From Lama glama (lineage: Eukaryota), in the NCBI GenBank assembly GCA_028534125.1, contig CM052816.1, positions 49,106,001 to 49,170,000 of the forward strand: DNA of 64,000 nucleotides. Direction: 5' to 3'. Positions within the stretch are counted from its first letter, which is position 1. Every line of letters begins with the position of its first letter. Shown here piece after piece: positions 25,140 through 38,737 of this stretch. The notes beneath the pieces were generated by a model. The model was not told the DNA's origin. It did not search any database and saw only the letters and a list, made by a program, of their open reading frames with translations. The translations under genes and the position numbers were made by a program.

Positions 25140-26063
25140 TTATTTGTAAACCCCAAATCAGTACTCACAATGCTTTCTTTATCACTCACAGGTATACACT
25201 GAGTGACAAAAGCTTTGAGTCCCCAGATGCACACTTTCCCAGCTAAGATTGAACAAAGTGACACTCCATTTTCTTTTTTCAGCTCTCTTACTATAAACAA
25301 GTATCCTTTTCATGTCTATTTAGCACCAAGTTTTTTGCATTTTTGTGCTTTTTGCTGGTGATTTCACTCTTTAAACTGGCCTCCAAGTGTAGCATGGTGA
25401 AGTACTGTCTAGTGTTCCTAAACACAAGAAGGCTGTGATGTGCCTAATTGAGAAAATATGTTGTTAGATAAGCTTGAGTCAGATATGAGTAATAGTGCTG
25501 CTAGTGGCCATGAATTCAATGTTAATGAATCAACAACATGGTACACTCGGAAAAAGGAACAGGATTTTGCTAATCTGAATGTGAAGCTGCTCTGGAAAGT
25601 AGTAATATAACATCTACAATGTATTACGAAGTTATGAAAAAGATGGAAACATGGTTAAATGTGTGGATTCATAAGATGATGACTGATTAAAATGTAATAG
25701 CATTATTCTGAAGCTGAAAGCTGAAGAAATTTATGGTCACATTACCTGGGGTCAAGAAATCTTTAAACCCTTCTCAGCTAATGTTTTATTATGAAAATAA
25801 TATTTTATTTAATTAATTATTTTAAGGAAATCCATATTAAATAAGCTGTCTTTAAACAGAAATGTATACAACAAGGTTATGTATTGATCAACTGATGAAA
25901 ATGTTGTGACCAAAAGCTTTCAGTAGCCTCACCCTGTGTTTCCCCTAGGAGCATTATTGTTCGGCATTTTCTAATTCAGGTCTCAGGGAGAATTTATAGA
26001 AATAATACATAATATAAATAAATATAAATAAAATACATTCTCAGGAATAATAAGAATTGACTG

Positions 26064-26420
26064 AAATTATAGATTCACAGGAAGTGGCAAAGATAGTACA
26101 CAGAATTCCTTCACCCAGTTTCCTTCCAGTGGTTACATCTAGTATCTTGCATATCTAGACTATGATATCAAAACCAGGAGGTTGACATTGGTACAATCCC
26201 TATGTATATAGTTGTGTCATTTTTATCACATGTATAGAGAACGAAGTTTCCCACTTAAGCTGTGGATTTGTCTAGTTCTCATTTGAACTTTACCATTTTT
26301 GCTTCACATATTTTTATAGTTGTGTTTTTTTTATTGTCACGTTGTTGGTTTTTTTGTATATATACACGTTTTAGATTGCCATGTCTTCTTTATGGATTGA
26401 TTCTTTAATAATTATGTAAT
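26064..26420 (-). mobile_element. L1MD-like 3' end joined to an L1 EN-domain fragment
   Basis: attatagattcacaggaagtggcaaagatagtac...aaaaccaggaggttgacattggtacaat, then from about 26240 tgtggatttgtctagttctc...tttttgcttcacatatttt. Confidence 0.7.
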
Positions 26421-27589
26421 ATGTAAATGAGAACATAATTAACCATCTTATATGTCTGTCTGTCTTTCTATCTGTCTGTCTATCTATGGTAAAACACTTC
26501 ATGTGGCAGTGAATTCAGAACATTTTAGCATGTGATTAAGTGCTATTTTATTACTGTTTTAAAAAAACTACATGTAATTCTGTTAAATGAGTATATCAAA
26601 AATAACTTATCTAAAGAATACTGTTTAAAAGTTTGCATATTTACATTTCTGGTTATTCTAAGTGAGTTTTGCTATATACCTTTGGTTTTGATTCTGGCTG
26701 AGGTGGTGTAATTTCACCCTATTCTGTCTCTTTCATGGGTTCCCATGGAAAATATAAAGCATATAGTTAAACTTTAATTTCAGATAAACAACAACATTAT
26801 GTTTTTTTTACTAAAAGCATTCCCCTTACAGCATTTTAGACAAACTTACAATAGCGAAATATTTCTTGTTTCTTTGAAATTAAAATTTAACATGACATCT
26901 TGTATTTTTACTTTTAAATATAGCAACCCTGATAACCAAAACAAAATAGAATACATAAAGCAACTCTCTGAGGTCTATGAAAAATAAATTGGAGTGGGTA
27001 GATTAGGGAAGGAAACCAGAACACAAAATATAAACACAACAGTGGTGCATCTTTTGTATTTTTTTTCTCTCTCATTATCTCCCATCCTGGACTCAAAAGA
27101 AGCCCCTGGAGCATTCCTCACAAAAATGAACTCCTTGGTGTGTTTCTTCTAAATTGTTATGAGTATCTTAAATTTAACTGGCTTCTATATATGTCATTCT
27201 CTTCCTGATGATTCTGATGACTATTTAATCCACAGGCCTTTCATATTTTTAGAATTCTATTAGAAGTAGCAGGGGTAGCCTCAATTTCTGCACCAGCTAT
27301 TCAAATACCTTTCAACGCTGCCAGATGTCTTCCTCATTCCCCTTGTCATATTTGTCAACCCATCATCATTCCTTGAGGTGAGCAAATACCAAAATAGCTT
27401 CTGAGGTAGATAAGCATGATAGATTGGACTAACTGCTTTCAAGTAGTCCCTCCAAAAATAAACAAACATACAAAAAACAACAACAACAAAAAAGGAGTAG
27501 ACCCAATTATTTCAACTTAGTTAAAACTCACAACCAGAACTAGCACCAGCACCTGCATGAATCTGAGTTCATTCATATGTATTGTGAAG

Positions 27590-30500
27590 AATTAAGAGTG
27601 TATATTGTAATTCCTGAAGCAACCACTGAACAAACAAAACTTGTTCAAATAGATATGATTACAAACTCAAAAGATTAAATAAAATAGAATACTAAAAATA
27701 TTTTAATACATCAAAATCTGGAAAGAGGAAACAGAAGAACAAAAAAGGGGACAAACGAAAAACAAGTGACGAGTGGGTATATCTAAATTCAAATGCATCA
27801 ATAATTAAATTAAATGTAAATGATCTACACAAACCAATTGAAAGATGGGGATTGTTGATTAGACAAAGAAAAAAGACCCAACTATAAATTGTATACAAAA
27901 TACCACTTTAGATATTACGATATAGTTAGGTTAAATGGAAAAGGACAGAAAAATGTAAACCATGCAGCCATTAATCCAAAAAGAGCAGCAGTAATGGCCA
28001 TATTTATATCAAGCAGTGTAGACTTCATAAAAGTAGACTCTCCTAGATATTGCACGATAACAAAGGGATCATTCACTAACAAGATACATAAAATTTAATA
28101 TCTATGAACCTAACAATAGAGCTTCAAAATGCATGAAACACAGCTGATAAAACTGAAAGGAGAAAAGAGCAAATTCACAATTATAGTAGGATACTTCAAT
28201 ACTATATTCAAAGTAATAGATTTTAAAAGTAGAAAGAAAATCAATAAAGAGAGAAGATTTAAGAAACATGATCAATGATTTGATCTCACTGACATTTATG
28301 TAATTCTGGGTAACCAAATAGAATACATAATATTTGAAGTGTACATGAGACATTGCCAAGATAATCTTTGTTCATGAAAAAAAGCTTAACAAATTATGTT
28401 TCCTGACCGTAACAAAATTAAACTAAAATTAATGACAGAAAAAATACATAGAAATTCTCACAGTTGCATGGAAAGTAAACAAGACATATAAATAATAACA
28501 TTGGTAACTGAAAAGTCTCAAAGAAATTAGAAATAGTTTAAAGTGAACAAAATAAAAAATGAAAAATATACATATCAAAATGTGTGAGATACAGCTAAAA
28601 AGATCTTAAAGGGACATTTATAGTGTTACATGCTTATATTATAATGAGAATGGTCTCATATTAATAACCTAAGATTCTATCTTCAGACACTAGAATAAAT
28701 AGACCTGAAACAAATAGAAAAAAGCAATATTTATTATTGCTCTTTATAAGCAGAAATCAATAAAATAGAATGTCATGAACAGTATAGAAAGTCAATAAAC
28801 TCCAAAGCTGACTCATTGAAAAGATTAATAAAATTGATAAAGTCTAACTAAGTTTTAAAAAAACAAGAGACAAAAGACATAAATTAATAATTCTGATAAT
28901 GAAAGGATAGCTCTACAGACTCCACAGATATGAAAATAAATACTACATAGAGGAATATGAAATAGGAGAATAGTATGAAAAATTCCAAGAGTAGAGATTC
29001 AACAACTTAGATAAAATAGACCACCAATTTCTTGAAATCCATTAACTACCAAAACTCACCCAAGAAGGTACAGATAACCTGAATAATGCTATATTTGTAA
29101 ATAAACGTATTTCATCTGAAAAAGAAAATCTGATACCCTGATGGCAAATTCTATCAAATATTTTTAAATCAGTGACAACTCCATATAATCACTTCCAAAT
29201 AATAAATGAGAAAGAAACTCTTCCCAGTTCCTTTTATGAGGTCAGCATTACCCTGATACTGAAGCCATCCAAAGTTAGCAAAGGAAAAAATAGACCAATA
29301 CCTATTACCAACATACGAACTAAATATTTAATGATATATGAACAAATTTAATCCAGCAATTCATGAAACCAGTTGCCAACTAAATGGGGATTATCCAGAA
29401 AATAAAGGGCATTTTCAAATTTCAAAAATTAATCAATGTATTCCACAATTTTAATAGACTAAATAATTTTTTTAAATATTATCATACCAATTGATGTTGA
29501 AGTATTTGTCAAAACTCAAGGTCTATATAAGATAAAACACCTAGCAAACTAGGAAGAGAAAGAAACTTCTGAACCTAATGAGGGACATTAGCAAAATTCT
29601 ACAGGTAGCATCCAAGGGTGAAAGACTAAATGCTTTTACCCTAGGATCATGAACAAGGCAAAAATACATTCTTGTCATGTTTATTTGGCATAATTCTTAA
29701 CTTCCTGGCCAGGCATAATTCTTAACTTCCTGGCCAATGCAGTAAGGAAAAGCAAATTGCAATTTGTAAAGGAATAAAAAAAAAAAAACCTGATTGTATT
29801 TGCAGACATGATTTTGTAAGTTAAGAATTCCTAGAAATCTACCAAAGAGCTCCTAAAACTAACAGGTGAGTTTAACAAGGACAAGCTACCAAATTCCATA
29901 GTATTTCTATATACTTAGTTATCAACAACTGGAAATAATTCTTAAAAATATGATTTTCAATTGCTTGAACAAAATGAAGTTTGTAGATGTAAATCAAATC
30001 AAACATATGCATGCTGATAGCTGTGAAATGCTGAAAAAAAATAAAGGAAAATCTAATATAATGACATGTCATGAATTGGAAAACTCAACATACTAAAGAT
30101 GCCAGTTTTCCCCAACTTGATATATATTTTAAATTCAATTAAAAAAAATCCTAGTAAGATTTTTCTGGATTTTCTAAAATGTACATGGAAAAGCAAAAGA
30201 CATTGAACAGCCAAATCAATTTTGGGAAAAGAGAAAAAGTTTTAGAAATTATATTACCTGATTCTAAGATTTACAATAAAGCTATAGTAGTAAAGAAAAT
30301 GTGGTATTTGCAGAATGGTAAACATATAGATCTTTAACATATTCTAGAAATAGACACAAACAAATATAGTCAATGAAGTTTTGTCATAAGTGTAAAGGCA
30401 ATCAACAGAAAAAAGGATAGTCTTTTAAACAAATGAACATACTTGGAGATTTTTTTCAATGAACCTTGAACTATACCTCATCCTATACAAAAATTATAGT

Positions 30501-31655
30501 GTATTATAGATTGAATTGTAAAATGTAAACCTAGAAAATGTTTGTGAGGAAAACATGAGAACATTTTCATGACACTGGGTTAAGTAGAGAATTTTTGGAT
30601 ATCATACAAAATGCAACACCAAGAAAAGAATAAAATGGCAAGTAGGACTTCATCAAAATTAAAAAGTCTCACAATGCCAAAGATACCATTAAGAGAATCT
30701 CAAGACGAACAGACTAGGACAAAATATGTGCAAGTCAGATATCAAACATGGTAATTCTATCTAGAATATATAAACAATGCTAAAAATGAGAATTTTGATA
30801 AGAAATTCAATAAGAAAACAAACAACTCAATTTGAAAATGGGCAAAATATGTGTAAAGATACTTCAGAAGAGCCAATACCCAGGATGGTGAAAAAGCACA
30901 CAAGATGCTCAACTTCATTAGCAATTAGGTCATGAAAACTTATAAAATCAATGGGATACCACAGCACATGTCTCAGAATGGAAACACACACAGAATTAAT
31001 ATTACTAACTAATAATGTGGATACAGAGCTTCAGCAGCATACATTGCTGCTGGTGATGCAAAATGGTACCAAATAAACACTTTGGCAACTTCTTATGAAG
31101 TTGAGCATATATTTCTATACAATTTAGTAATTCTGCTCCTAGTTTTTTTACCTTAGGCATATGAAAATTTATGCTCATAAAAAACTTGTTTGCAAATGTC
31201 CTTACAGCTTTAATTCATAATTGCCCAAACTTGAAGTTAACCAGTACATCCTTCAGTGGGACATATATTCTTATATATCCATACAGTGAAATGCTACACA
31301 TTAATAAAATGGAACAACCTGTAGGTAAACACAATGTGGATGAATCTCAAATGAGTAATGATGTGTGAAAGAATCAACTCTCAAATAGTTATATAGCATA
31401 TTAACCCATTGCATTACATCCTAGAAAGGGTGAAACTATAAGGAAGGAGTACAGATCAGTGGTTTCCAGGTGTTAGTGGTGGGAGAGGATTTGACAACAA
31501 AAGGACCACATGCAGGATATTTCAGGAGTGATAGAACCATTCTGTATCCTGATATTGTGGCTATTACACAAATTTATAGATAGGCTAAAATTTGTAGACT
31601 TGCATCAAAGAAAAAGGTTTTATTTTTTGTACATTAATAAAATGTTTTAAAGCAT
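27590..31655 (+). mobile_element. old L1 (L1MD/L1ME-like), nearly whole decayed ORF2 plus 3'UTR
   Basis: EN start ttaaatgtaaatgatcta...aaagacccaactata (LNVN..K.DPTI); ccctgatggc; ttttatgaggtcagcattaccctgatac (FYE.SITLI); tttgcagacatgatt (decayed FADDMI) at about 29800; many stops and frameshifts. Confidence 0.9.
29687..29736. repeat. perfect 25-bp tandem duplication
   Basis: ggcataattcttaacttcctggcca x2. Confidence 0.95.
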
Positions 31656-31689
31656 AAACAAAAACTTGCACAGAAAAAATAAGCCTTAT

Positions 31690-32966
31690 GAATGAAATTA
31701 GAGCATTTTCTCACACCATGTGCACAACTAAATTCAAAATGGATTAAAGACTAAAATGTAAGGCCATAAATTCAGAAGAAAACTTAGGCATAACATTCTT
31801 TCACATAAGTCATAGCAATACTTTTTTGAATCTGTCTCCTATGGCAAAGGAAACCAAAGCAAAAACAAACAAATGGAACCTAATTAAATTTAAAAGTTTT
31901 TTCACAAAAGAAGAAACCATTAACAATATGAAAACACAGCCTACTGATTGGGAGAAAATATTTGCAAATGATATGACAAATAAGGGGTTAATATATATAA
32001 AGAACTCATACAAGTAAATGTCAAAAAACAGTCAACCCAATTAAAAATGGACAAAAGACCTGAACAGAAGACATACAGATGGGCAACAGGTATGTGAAAA
32101 AATGCTCAATATTCATAATCATCAGGGAAATGCTAATCAAAACTACAATGAGATATCATACCACATCTGTCAGAATGGCTATCATCAAAAAGAACACAAA
32201 TAACAAATGTTGGCAAGAATGTGGAGAAAAGGGTACCCTAGTATACTGTAGGTAGAAATGTGAATCAGTTCAGCAACTCTGGAAAATTGTATTTCAGTGC
32301 TCAAAAAACTGAAAATAGAACTACCATATGACTCAGTAATTCCACACCTGGGTATATAGCTGAAGAAAATAAAAACACTAATGCAAAAATATACACACAC
32401 CCTGATGTTCATAGCAGCATTATTTATAGTAGCCAAGATATGGAAGCACTGTCGGTGTCCATCAGCAGATGAATGGATAAATAAAATGTGTACATATATA
32501 GACAGTAGAATACTACTCAGGCGTTAAAAAAAAGAATGAAATTTTCCCATTTGCAGCAACATGAATGGACCTGGAGGGTATTATGGTTAGTGAAATAAGT
32601 CAAAGCAAGAAAAATACTGTATGATATCATTTATATGTGAAGTCTAAAAAGATACAACAAGCTGGCATATAACAAAATGGAAGCAGACTCACAGATACAG
32701 AGAACAAACTAGAGGTTACCAGTGGGGACAGGGAAAGGGGAGGGGCAAGGTAGGGGTAGGGGATTAAGAGGTACAAACTACTATCTATAAAATAAATAAG
32801 CTATACAAGAATATATTATACAGCACAGAGAATATAGCCAATATTTTATAAATTTAAATGGAGTATAATCTATAAAAAATCATGAATCACTATGCTGTAC
32901 TCCTAGCAACTAACATAACATACAGTAACATAATACTGTAAATCAAGTATACCTCAAGTTAAAAAC
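31690..32966 (+). mobile_element. 5'-truncated artiodactyl/laurasiatherian-type L1 (ORF2 C-terminus plus 3'UTR)
   Basis: ORF 31826-32017 KWNLIKFKSF...QPTDWEKIFAN; G-rich 3'UTR at 32720-32765; ends ctgtaaatcaagtatacctcaagttaaaaa. Confidence 0.9.
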
Positions 32967-33379
32967 AACTCTCACCTCTTAAATAAGTTTTATTTTGTAC
33001 TTGATTTCCTTAGAATAAATCTCTATGAACGGATCCATTGTATTTAAAGTTATTGCTCAGTTTCTTTCTTTCTTTTTTCCTTTGTTCCTTTCTTCATGTT
33101 TTCTTGATTCTTGTTTTCTTTCAGTTCAAGTAACACTTATAAAGCACCATCTTTATAGCCCTGCTAGCCCTGAGAAAGATTTAAAAAGTAGAAGACAACT
33201 GCTTGGATTAAAATGTTGTTGGAGAGGCAAGACAAACATTAATATCAATATTAATAAGTCAATAGTATAATATTAATACATACACATTTAAAAGTTAATA
33301 AAGTTGAAAATGTAGTCAAAATTGTACGTCAAATAGTGATATGTTGCCTCCAGTGTTGTTCTTTTAAAAAAAAATCAGT

Positions 33380-33715
33380 ACTTCAATTAAATCAATATTT
33401 ATTAAATGCCTGCTAACTGTCAGAAAATGTTCAAAGCACTGGGTTGTATCAAATCAATCAGGCACATTCTTGCTATTTTGGTCAAAAGATTCTCATGAGA
33501 GAGAAGACAGAAAATAAATAGCAAATATAAGTAACAAGGTTAATTTTAAATGATGATCTGTTGTAAGGAAAACACGCTAAAATAATATATTAAGGAGTTA
33601 CGGGAAAGGTGTAGTATAAATAGGTGATCAGGAAGGCATACTGTCAAGAAAGAGACAACTTGCAGGATTTGGGGAAGAACATTTTGGGTAGAGAATAGAA
33701 GGTGTGAGGGATGAG
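33380..33715 (-). mobile_element. L2 3' fragment
   Basis: aatatttattaaatgcctgctaactgtcag...aggtgatcaggaaggc...ttggggaagaacattttgggtagag. Confidence 0.65.
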
Positions 33716-35874
33716 TATAAGTAATTCAAAATATTAGCTAATAGCAAGTATAAAAAATATTAAGTGGGACAGTTTCTTCAAGGAATTTCGCTTATTAGAA
33801 AGAGAAAATAAACATGTCAGCTATATTAACTAAATGAGTAAGATTTTGCAGTTCGTTTCTTTCAAATTGTAAAATCAGTAATCCTGTAAGAAAGAGAAGA
33901 CTGATTTGTTTGGACGTTGATGGTTTTGTTTTGACAACTAAGCAGCAGTCCCTGCACTTTCTTTTTCTATAGTATTTCTCCATCACTAAGGACAAGTTGG
34001 AAAGTTCTCTAGGATTTTCCTGTTTTCTTTGGCCCTTTCTAAGAAAACCTCGATCACTTTTGATGTGGTGGTGGTTACAATTGTTTATTTTCTAATCTGT
34101 AGGAATCTTTATTGTTCATCTTTCTCACTACTTAAGATTATATATTTAAGATCTTAGAAAATATGAACATCCATGTCTCAGCTTGCACAGACCTTTAAAA
34201 TTATTTTTTAATGACTTGGCACAACTGAAACTGAATGAGCATAAAAAAAAAAGCTGCACTGTGTGATAATTTCTTTAATAGAATTTCATTTTAGGGTTAA
34301 TGATCTGAGTTTTATCATTTATATTGATCCTAACAGGTGTCAGTAAGAAAATTAAGGAAAGACCATGCACAGTACATTGAGCTCAACCTGGTTCATTTTT
34401 CTGGCTTTCATTTTTTTTTTTTTCAAGCCTTTTCCATTTTTATACTTCATCTGTTGTTTTTTCACGTAGACTTGGAGACATCTGGAAAATTGCTTTGCAG
34501 ACAGAGCAACTAGTTTTTAATTTTCAGGAAAACAGGAGGAGAGGAGGAGAAGACAATAGTTGGTAAAACTTGGATAAATCCTGGAAGTTTTATCATGATT
34601 TTTATAAAGGCTGATTTTCCTGATACATTGGAAAGGGTGAAGAATGTTTTGAACTTTTTTCAGATACCATATTTTAGTGAAACTAAACTGATTGGAAATA
34701 AATCCTATAAAAAAAAGAAATACTATAAAAGAAATTACAAGGAATTACATGGCTGAAATCATTTAACCATTGGCCTAGTATCCATTCTCCAAAGTACATT
34801 TTCATATTAGTAGAAAGAAGCTCATACTTCATGCAGTTTGAAATGTACTTAAATGGAAGGAAAATACAAAGTCTAAATTGATGAGAAAATATTGCTGTGA
34901 ATATCTTATTTTCTCATCTACTGAGTTTTGCATATCTAAATGAATATAAATTTGGGGTCACATAAAATTATTCATTTTAAGTTAGGAATAAAATAAATAA
35001 AACAATGAAGAAGCAAAGCACTCCCTAAAATGAGATAATATTTGCCATTAGGTTTTTTTAAGTTAGAAGCTTTATTAACCAATAATCGTAAATTGTTAAT
35101 AATTAGCAGTTTAGTATGGTAAAAATTCTAACGTATTTTAGAAAATTTTTAATATGTTTTAAATAGAATTATGTTGTACAATTTTAGGAGAATATAATTA
35201 CTTAAAATAACCTGTTTCAGTAGATATTCTCGATATTTTTTGCTTTATACCTTTTATTATCATTTTCTCCTACTTAAAAATGTTTCATCCTGATAACATA
35301 TTGAATAGTTTAGTAGTTACCTAAGGTTATCTCAACCTGCTGCAGTGCTAAGTTTCAACTTTTAATAATTTCTTTGTTCTTAAAATTTTTTATGTATCCA
35401 ATTCTAAATTTCAATCATGCCTTCTAAGCAAGCTAATAAACTATACCACAAAATAAATGATACATTACTAGTGAATAATCATTTGCTCAAGGGCATATCA
35501 GTGAAAATAATCCAAATATTTGCATGCAATATTTTGAATTAATGAAGTGAGAAAATGCAAGGGCTGCTAATCTCATATATATATTTTTATAACTACTCTT
35601 CCAGGTGAAATCTTCTAAAAACTTTGGCTAAAATTTCAGAAACTACATTAATCACACTTTTTATAATGTTACAATACTACAGTTAAATTTGTTCAGTATG
35701 TTCTGAAGTTACCTTACTTTTTACTGCTCTGAATTAACTGGAAAGATAGTTGATTTTGTTAACTTATTTTGCTTATTTGGAATTGTTCTTTAAAAAAAAA
35801 GATTTTTTGCATATTGCAAACAAATAAAGTAGTGATTCTTACTGCACTTATCTTGGAAGTCCAGATCTTCAGCA

Positions 35875-36825
35875 GTAGCTCTAGGACCCATGAATATGGC
35901 AGTTACCACAATAGACAAGATTCACGCTGTCACGGAGCATATGGTCTAGTGGCTGAGATTATGTTGAACGAGGTAATAATTATGAAAGTATCATGACAAA
36001 CCATGATAAAGGTTATGCAGGAAAAAAATGGGGGGTGCTTTAGGAAAATGTAGTAGAAAAACATAATTTAGATTCAGGAGATGTTTCATAAGACATTTTT
36101 GAGAAAGTGATATGTGTGGTTTATTCTGGACATTGAGTAGAATTTAACCTTCATCGAAGATGAAAGCAAGAAAGAGGAGAGAAAGAACATTCCAGGCAGG
36201 GTACAGCATTTGGGTGGTAGTGGGGGGGTGGGGTTCCTGAGTCATTAAAGTGTTTGCCGTTAGAGGTCAGAAAGCAGCTCAGATGACTGGAGAGTTTTGA
36301 GTAAGGGAATTGGACTTGATGAAGCCAGAGAGGTGGTCAGGAAAGAAGACTACATTTACAGACAATTACATTAATGTTAGTGAATTGACAAGATTTGGTG
36401 ATGGTTTTTTTTTATATATGAGCAGTAGAGAAGGAAGTCCTAAGATTTAAATGAACATATATGGCTTGAATTTGAAACTTAGATGTATGGAGGTATCACT
36501 CACGAGAGAAGAAATTACTCCAACGTGAGGAAGAGCCAGAATTTAGTTTTGAACCTGTTTGAGATTTTTCTAAGAAGGATGTGTTGATACAGGATAAACT
36601 GATATGGAACTCAGACTACTCTGAATGAGATATATTAAAAATATCATTTATAAATATTTGAAGCCTTGGAAGTGAGTAAGAAGACCTAGTGAAAAATGTT
36701 GGGTAACTAGAATTGAACTAGAATCAAATATTTAGAGATAGAGTAGAGATGAAAAAGCCTTCATAGGAAATTGAAAAAGGAGTAGAGGGAGGTATAATAC
36801 AATGAAACTCAAAGGAAATGACAGC
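35875..36825 (-). mobile_element. L2 fragment
   Basis: gtcacggagcatatggtctagtgg...gaaagaacattccaggcagggtacagcat...atggaggtatcactcac. Confidence 0.7.
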
Positions 36826-37284
36826 TTCTTGAACTTCTCTTTCTCTTTTTATCAGCCATAGTAATCATTTAATTTTACTTGGAAATCCTTCTCAATGTTT
36901 TTTGCATCTCAGCCCAGTTTCTTTTCTATCTACTAGGAGTTGTACTCATTAGAGCATTCTAGAGGCCTAGTGGGATCTGAGCCCCAGGGATAGACAGCAG
37001 CAGCTTCATAATAGGGTTCAGTACCAAACAGGGCAGCCCCCATCTCCTGGACTACTTCTCAGACTATTGCACACACTCTCAATAGCTACCGGGCAAATTC
37101 AGTCACTTAATCTAAGCAGTTGAACAACAGAATACTCAGCCAGCATATGGCATGGGGAGCTGAGGCAGGCAGAACTTCCCTTCTTCCTCAGTAGAGCTTA
37201 GTTTGTGTTTGTTTGTTTGTTTGTTTTGTTTTTTTCATTATTAGATTAAAAGCTATACCAGGAGGCTAGGCAGATTTTTGCTTA

Positions 37285-37965
37285 AATGTGTCCCCTTCTT
37301 TATAACTCCCTTATCTCCACTATTGTCCAGGCATCATTATTTTATGCAACAAATTATCATAATGGACTCTGAACTGGTTCCATCCTCTCCCAGCTTCTGC
37401 CCATTCCTCTCCAATCCATTTCCCACACGGGACCCAGAGCTGTCTTTATAAAATATAAATCAGAATATTAATTCCCATTAACAACCTATCAATGGCTTCT
37501 GTTCACATTACCTTCTTTGGCCTAGGTCTCAGCATGACAGGCTATTGTCTTTCTCCTCAAGCACATCTCATACTGTGCTTCATCTTTCTCCCCTGTGTAA
37601 CATTACACTGGTCCTGTGTCAGTCCTAGAACATACCAGGCTTTTCCCCCACTTTGGAGCCTTTGAGCATAATATTCCTTGAAATAGATTTCCCACAACTC
37701 TTTGTCTGGTAGGTTCTTTCTTATTTTTAGTTCTCTTTGGGATGTCAGTTTCTTTCAGAGGCCTTTCCAGATTATCCACTGATTTCTAAAACTGTGCCAT
37801 ATTTTTTTTCATTTAGTGTTTTACCTATATACTGCCTGTCTCACATACTAAAATATAAATTGTATAAGGATGAGGAGCCAGTCTTTTTCATAATATATAG
37901 AATAATCACAGGAAAGAGTAGATGCTTAAAGTATTTGCTTAATGAGTGAATGAATAAATGAAATG
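37285..37965 (+). mobile_element. L2 3' fragment
   Basis: cctctccaatccatttcccacac...aaaatataaatcaga...tcaatggcttc...gtagatgcttaaagtatttgcttaatgagtgaatgaat. Confidence 0.8.
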
Positions 37966-38519
37966 AACCAAGGATTAAATATTTATATGATTCATGTACA
38001 TATATGTTTTATAATTATGAATTTAGCACACATAATGATTAAAATGATGCCATTAACTATGTTATGATTTGTCATTAAACCTACAGAAAAATCATAGACA
38101 GCTTTTTAAAAATAGCAGTGATTTATATCCAGTGTTAGGCAGTTTTTACAAGTATAATGCGTATTTTGACTGATGAATAGTGTTCACCCAAAATGATCAA
38201 CATATTTAGGACAGTTTGTCTTTTATAATATATATCTTTTTCTGTCCAGTCAAGTCTACCAAAATAGTCAAGCAGTTTCTATTAATAAAAGCAAATGTAA
38301 CTTGGGTTTTGAGTTATTTAATTAATATTTTAAAATGTGTTACAGATAATTGAAATTGTAATTCAAGCTCCAATATTAACTGTTGATATAACATTTCCCT
38401 AGCTATGTAGAATCTGTGTGAAATGGATGACTTTGCGCATTGTAGGTATCCAGTGATTTCTTTGGAATTGTTTTTACATGCTTATATAAAGATAGAGTCA
38501 AATTTTTTAAAATAGTTGA

Positions 38520-38737
38520 TGCAACCCAATAGATTTGAGTTCAAGTTTCCTTTATTTGTTAGGTGTGAAAAATTGGAAAGTTATTTAACATACTTGTAGC
38601 TTGTGTAAAATGGATCTAAAAATAATATCCACCTAACAAGGTTGTCATGACAATTACATATTACATGTGATTACTTAGCCTAAGGGCAGGGGGCTTTGCA
38701 CGTATTTGTGGGTATTATTGTTATTGTTATCATTATT
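38520..38737 (+). mobile_element. MIR SINE
   Basis: gatttgagttcaag...ttggaaagttatttaac...tgtaaaatgg...ccacctaacaaggttgtcatgacaatta. Confidence 0.65.

Larger units (their letters stand above)
24413..26063 (+). mobile_element. TcMar-Tigger DNA transposon (MER82/Tigger17-like), internally deleted, with nested L1s
   Basis: TIRs cagtcgttcctcattacttgc and gaataataagaattgactg; MER82-like body; decayed transposase N-terminus (HEFNVNEST, MKKMETWLNVWIH, LKAEEIYGH) at about 25375-25785. Confidence 0.85.

Noticed and set aside
32720..32766. G-quadruplex-like G-run cluster
   Set aside because: Ordinary G-rich tract of the L1 3'UTR
35875..37965. Oppositely oriented L2 pair as an inverted repeat
   Set aside because: The copies are too diverged to pair and look like independent ancient insertions
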